DNA of 63,027 nt, filler included, from Choristocarpus tenellus KU-1152 (Eukaryota; Protista; Phaeophyceae): the NCBI GenBank assembly GCA_964200185.2. It is 12 parts of 12 records of this genome, joined end to end, with 100 filler letters (N's around TTAATTAATTAA, not from the genome) between each part and the next. Parts side by side here need not be neighbours in the genome. Positions count along the whole stretch, not along the records: positions 55,527 to 63,027 come from CAXNAD020006060.1; 11 more parts are not named here. One strand, written 5' to 3'. Below the pieces are notes generated by a model. It was not told the DNA's origin, searched no databases, and was given only the letters and a program-made list of their open reading frames with translations. Shown piece by piece: positions 60,701 to 63,027 of this stretch. How positions within the stretch are numbered: the stretch's first letter is position 1; each line of letters opens with the position of its first letter. The translations under genes and the position numbers were made by a program.

Positions 60701-62957
60701 ACCCTAACCCTTAAGATACTTTCGCTCAGTGCTTGTGCACAATGCTGTTTAGCTGCTTATTGGTTCATGTTTGTGTTTTTGTGATAGAATTCATGCCGTG
60801 AAACTGTCGTTTTTTGAGGCGACCTTGTGCAGTCCTTCTGCTTAGTGGGTGTTCCAGGAAATTGTACGTAGATTGCTGGTTGGTGATTGGGTAGTGCCCT
60901 CGCTCCCCAAATCGCAACCACCATGGAGAGGCAGGATTATTACTTCGAAGTAACCTGTGTGTGACAATACTGCATGTATTATGTAGTAGTGCATAGTTTG
61001 AGGCGTTTCTATGTGTATTACTTGTAAGGCGTGATGGGTAAAGTTGTTTGAAGTATTCCATATGCGACAATACTATTTATTCATATGTGTGTAGTGTACT
61101 ATTGGCACATGCAAGTTGTGGTGTTTTTCCCATTGAGTATTCCAGCCATGCACCAGTCTGCTGTATGTATGTATGTATGTATGTATGTATGTATGTATGT
61201 ATTTATGTATGTATGTATGTATGTATGTATGTCCATATAAATTATATCCGATGATGCTGCAGTTGAAGCTGTCTCTGTGCGAATTGCTAATCAGCACAGC
61301 ATGCAGTCATTTCTAAGAGGACATGTGTGTGTACATTAGTTCTATTACAGATGTGTGACAATTGCTTTTATGTGTACTGAAAGGATGAACGATATTTAAC
61401 AGAATACACAACACACATACGTATATATTACTAGTAAGAGTCTTTGGCATTACAGCAGCAGTACAATTCTGGCAAAGGGTCTCATTTTTTCTAAAATTAT
61501 TAATGCGTTTCTGTGATTCTACATGTTGGGATATGGTGTGAAAAGCATTGAAGACATTGTGCTTGGTTCAGCCCCTCTCCCCTCATTATCTAGTGAATAT
61601 TACTCATCTGTACTCCTGAAATACATTATTGCTACTATGTTACATTGTTGTTATAGAAAACTTCACAACAATTGATGTTTTCAACTTTTTTCTTTTCTTA
61701 TGGAATGCCCATAACACAGGATACAAAAACAAACATAACACTATGTTAAGCCTATTACACTGGATACAAAGACAAACATAACACTATGTAGTGTGCAACA
61801 CTAAAGTCCAAAAAATATGTAACACTATGTTACGCCCATAATACTGAAGACAAAGACATACATAACACTGTGTAGTCCACAACACTCGAGTCTACAACAA
61901 ACGTAACACTATGTTGTGCGCAACACTAAAGTCCAAAACAATCATAACACTATGTTAAGACTGAAGGCAAAAACATACGTAACACTATGTAATCCACAAC
62001 ACTCAAGCCTATAGCAAACATAAAACTATGTAGTGCCTGCAATCCTCAAGTCCAAAGAAAACACGACCAAACCTTCTATGTAGTGAACACAACACTCTGG
62101 TGCAAATCATGCATGCATAACACTATGTAGTGCCTGTAACACTCTGGTGCAAAACACGCATATCACAATGTAGTGCCTGTAACACTCTGCTGCATAACAT
62201 ACATAACACTATGTAGCGCCTGTAATACTCTGGTGCAAAACACACATTGTAACACTCTGCTACATAACATTCGTAACACTATGTAGCGCCTGTAATACTC
62301 TGCTGCAAAACACACATATCACAATGTAGTGCCTGTAACACTCTGCTGCATAACATTCGTAACACTATGTAGTGCCTGTAACACTCTGGTGCATAACATA
62401 TGTAAAACTATGTAGTGCCTGTAACACTATGTAGTGCCTGTAACACTCTGCTGCAGAACATACATAACACTATGTAGTGCCTGGAACACTCTGCTGTAGA
62501 ATATACATAACACTATGTAGTGCCTGTAACACTCTGCTGTAAAACAGGCATAACACTACGTTATGTGCCCAACACAGTAAAAAATATTGAAATCTGCAAG
62601 TGTTACAAGAGTATATCGCCAGTGGTTTCTTGAGCACCACACACACGTCATACCTCACTCACTGCCGCCACATCCAATATCAAAACCACCTCTATTTTCT
62701 TGTCTCTCTCTCTCTCTCTCTCTCTCTCTGCTTTTGTGTATTTTTTGTACATTTTTTTTTCTTGTGCCCCGTTCCCCACCTTTGACTACCTATCCCATCG
62801 ATTAATTCCCCCCACCTATCCTCAGGAAATGTACACGCAGCTTCAGAATGTGAGAGACCAGCAAGAAGCCGCCAAGTGTATCATGGACCCAATACCTGGC
62901 GGGCCTGAGAGGTCTCGCATCATCCTTGTGTCTAGGAGGCTTCCTTTCAAGCTCAAG
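57758..62957 (+). CDS. 5' part of a probable trehalose-6-phosphate synthase (GT20) with a long disordered N-terminus. Exons 57758-58372 and 62826-62957
   Basis: A 205-codon low-complexity exon joins in phase 0 to EMYTQLQNVRDQQEAAKCIMDPIPGGPERSRIILVSRRLPFKLK. RIILVSRRLPF matches the R-l-i-v-V-s-n-RLP start of the GT20/TPS domain. The remainder is outside the window. Confidence 0.65.
59300..59630 (+). repeat. Degenerate (TAGTATG)n heptamer minisatellite with higher-order ttcttrcaataggggta blocks
   Basis: Read directly; intronic. Confidence 0.85.
60073..60212 (+). repeat. ~32-bp tandem repeat, (GT)n-acaactaat, ~4.5 units
   Basis: Read directly. Confidence 0.9.
60456..60727. mobile_element. ~270-bp longer relative of the MITE family
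   Basis: Ends gagtcaaagtatcttagaggg and cccttaagatactttcgctc. Internal gtccattttgggggcc / gccccaaatgga echo the short MITE. TSD unclear. Confidence 0.55.
61163..61232 (+). repeat. (ATGT)n microsatellite
   Basis: Read directly. Confidence 0.95.
61709..62565 (+). repeat. ~42-bp minisatellite (taacactatgtagtgcctgtaacactctgctgcataacataca), ~20 units
   Basis: Recurrent taacactatgt core; intronic. Confidence 0.92.
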
Positions 62958-63027
62958 GTTGGAGGTTTACATATTGTGTGTGTGTGTGTGTGTGTGTGTG
63001 TTGGAAGATTTTGTTTGGGGGGAGGGG

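Noticed and set aside
61709-62565. CRISPR-like array (constant core with variable spacers)
   Set aside because: The spacers are homologous to each other, the core is only ~11 nt, the array is intronic in a eukaryotic gene, and there are no cas genes.

Overview
Eukaryotic, intron-rich nuclear DNA, most likely from a photosynthetic stramenopile (ochrophyte; brown-algal-like), judged from a plastid-targeted ferredoxin with an ASAFAP-type presequence, TTAGGG repeats and the TE types. The window is not contiguous: it is 12 contigs joined by 11 artificial 100-nt N-TTAATTAATTAA-N linkers, so adjacency across linkers means nothing. Spliced genes rebuilt by hand from GT-AG sites: a DUF218/YOR238W-like 3' exon, a 7-exon JmjC dioxygenase, a small Gly-rich membrane protein head-to-head with a complete NEDD8/Rub1-like gene, an IST1-like 3' end, a complete plastid 2Fe-2S ferredoxin, a Tudor + linker-histone (H15) fusion protein, an erlin/SPFH gene and the 5' part of a probable trehalose-6-phosphate synthase. 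Repeats: a ~185-bp MITE family with 3-bp TSDs, decayed CRE-type and Penelope-like retroelements, tRNA fragments and minisatellites. The standout is a repeated element present in two independent contigs (40033-42839 and 52623-55426). It carries an intron-containing ParB/Srx-like gene (DGNHR motif) transcribed divergently from a Sola/DUF7869-like transposase N-terminus. Between them lie 270-bp and ~160-bp tandem units, each containing a 15-bp palindrome (best copy TGATCCGACGGATCA). This suggests a eukaryotic transposon carrying a ParB/parS-like module. All family calls are from motif recognition, not database searches.
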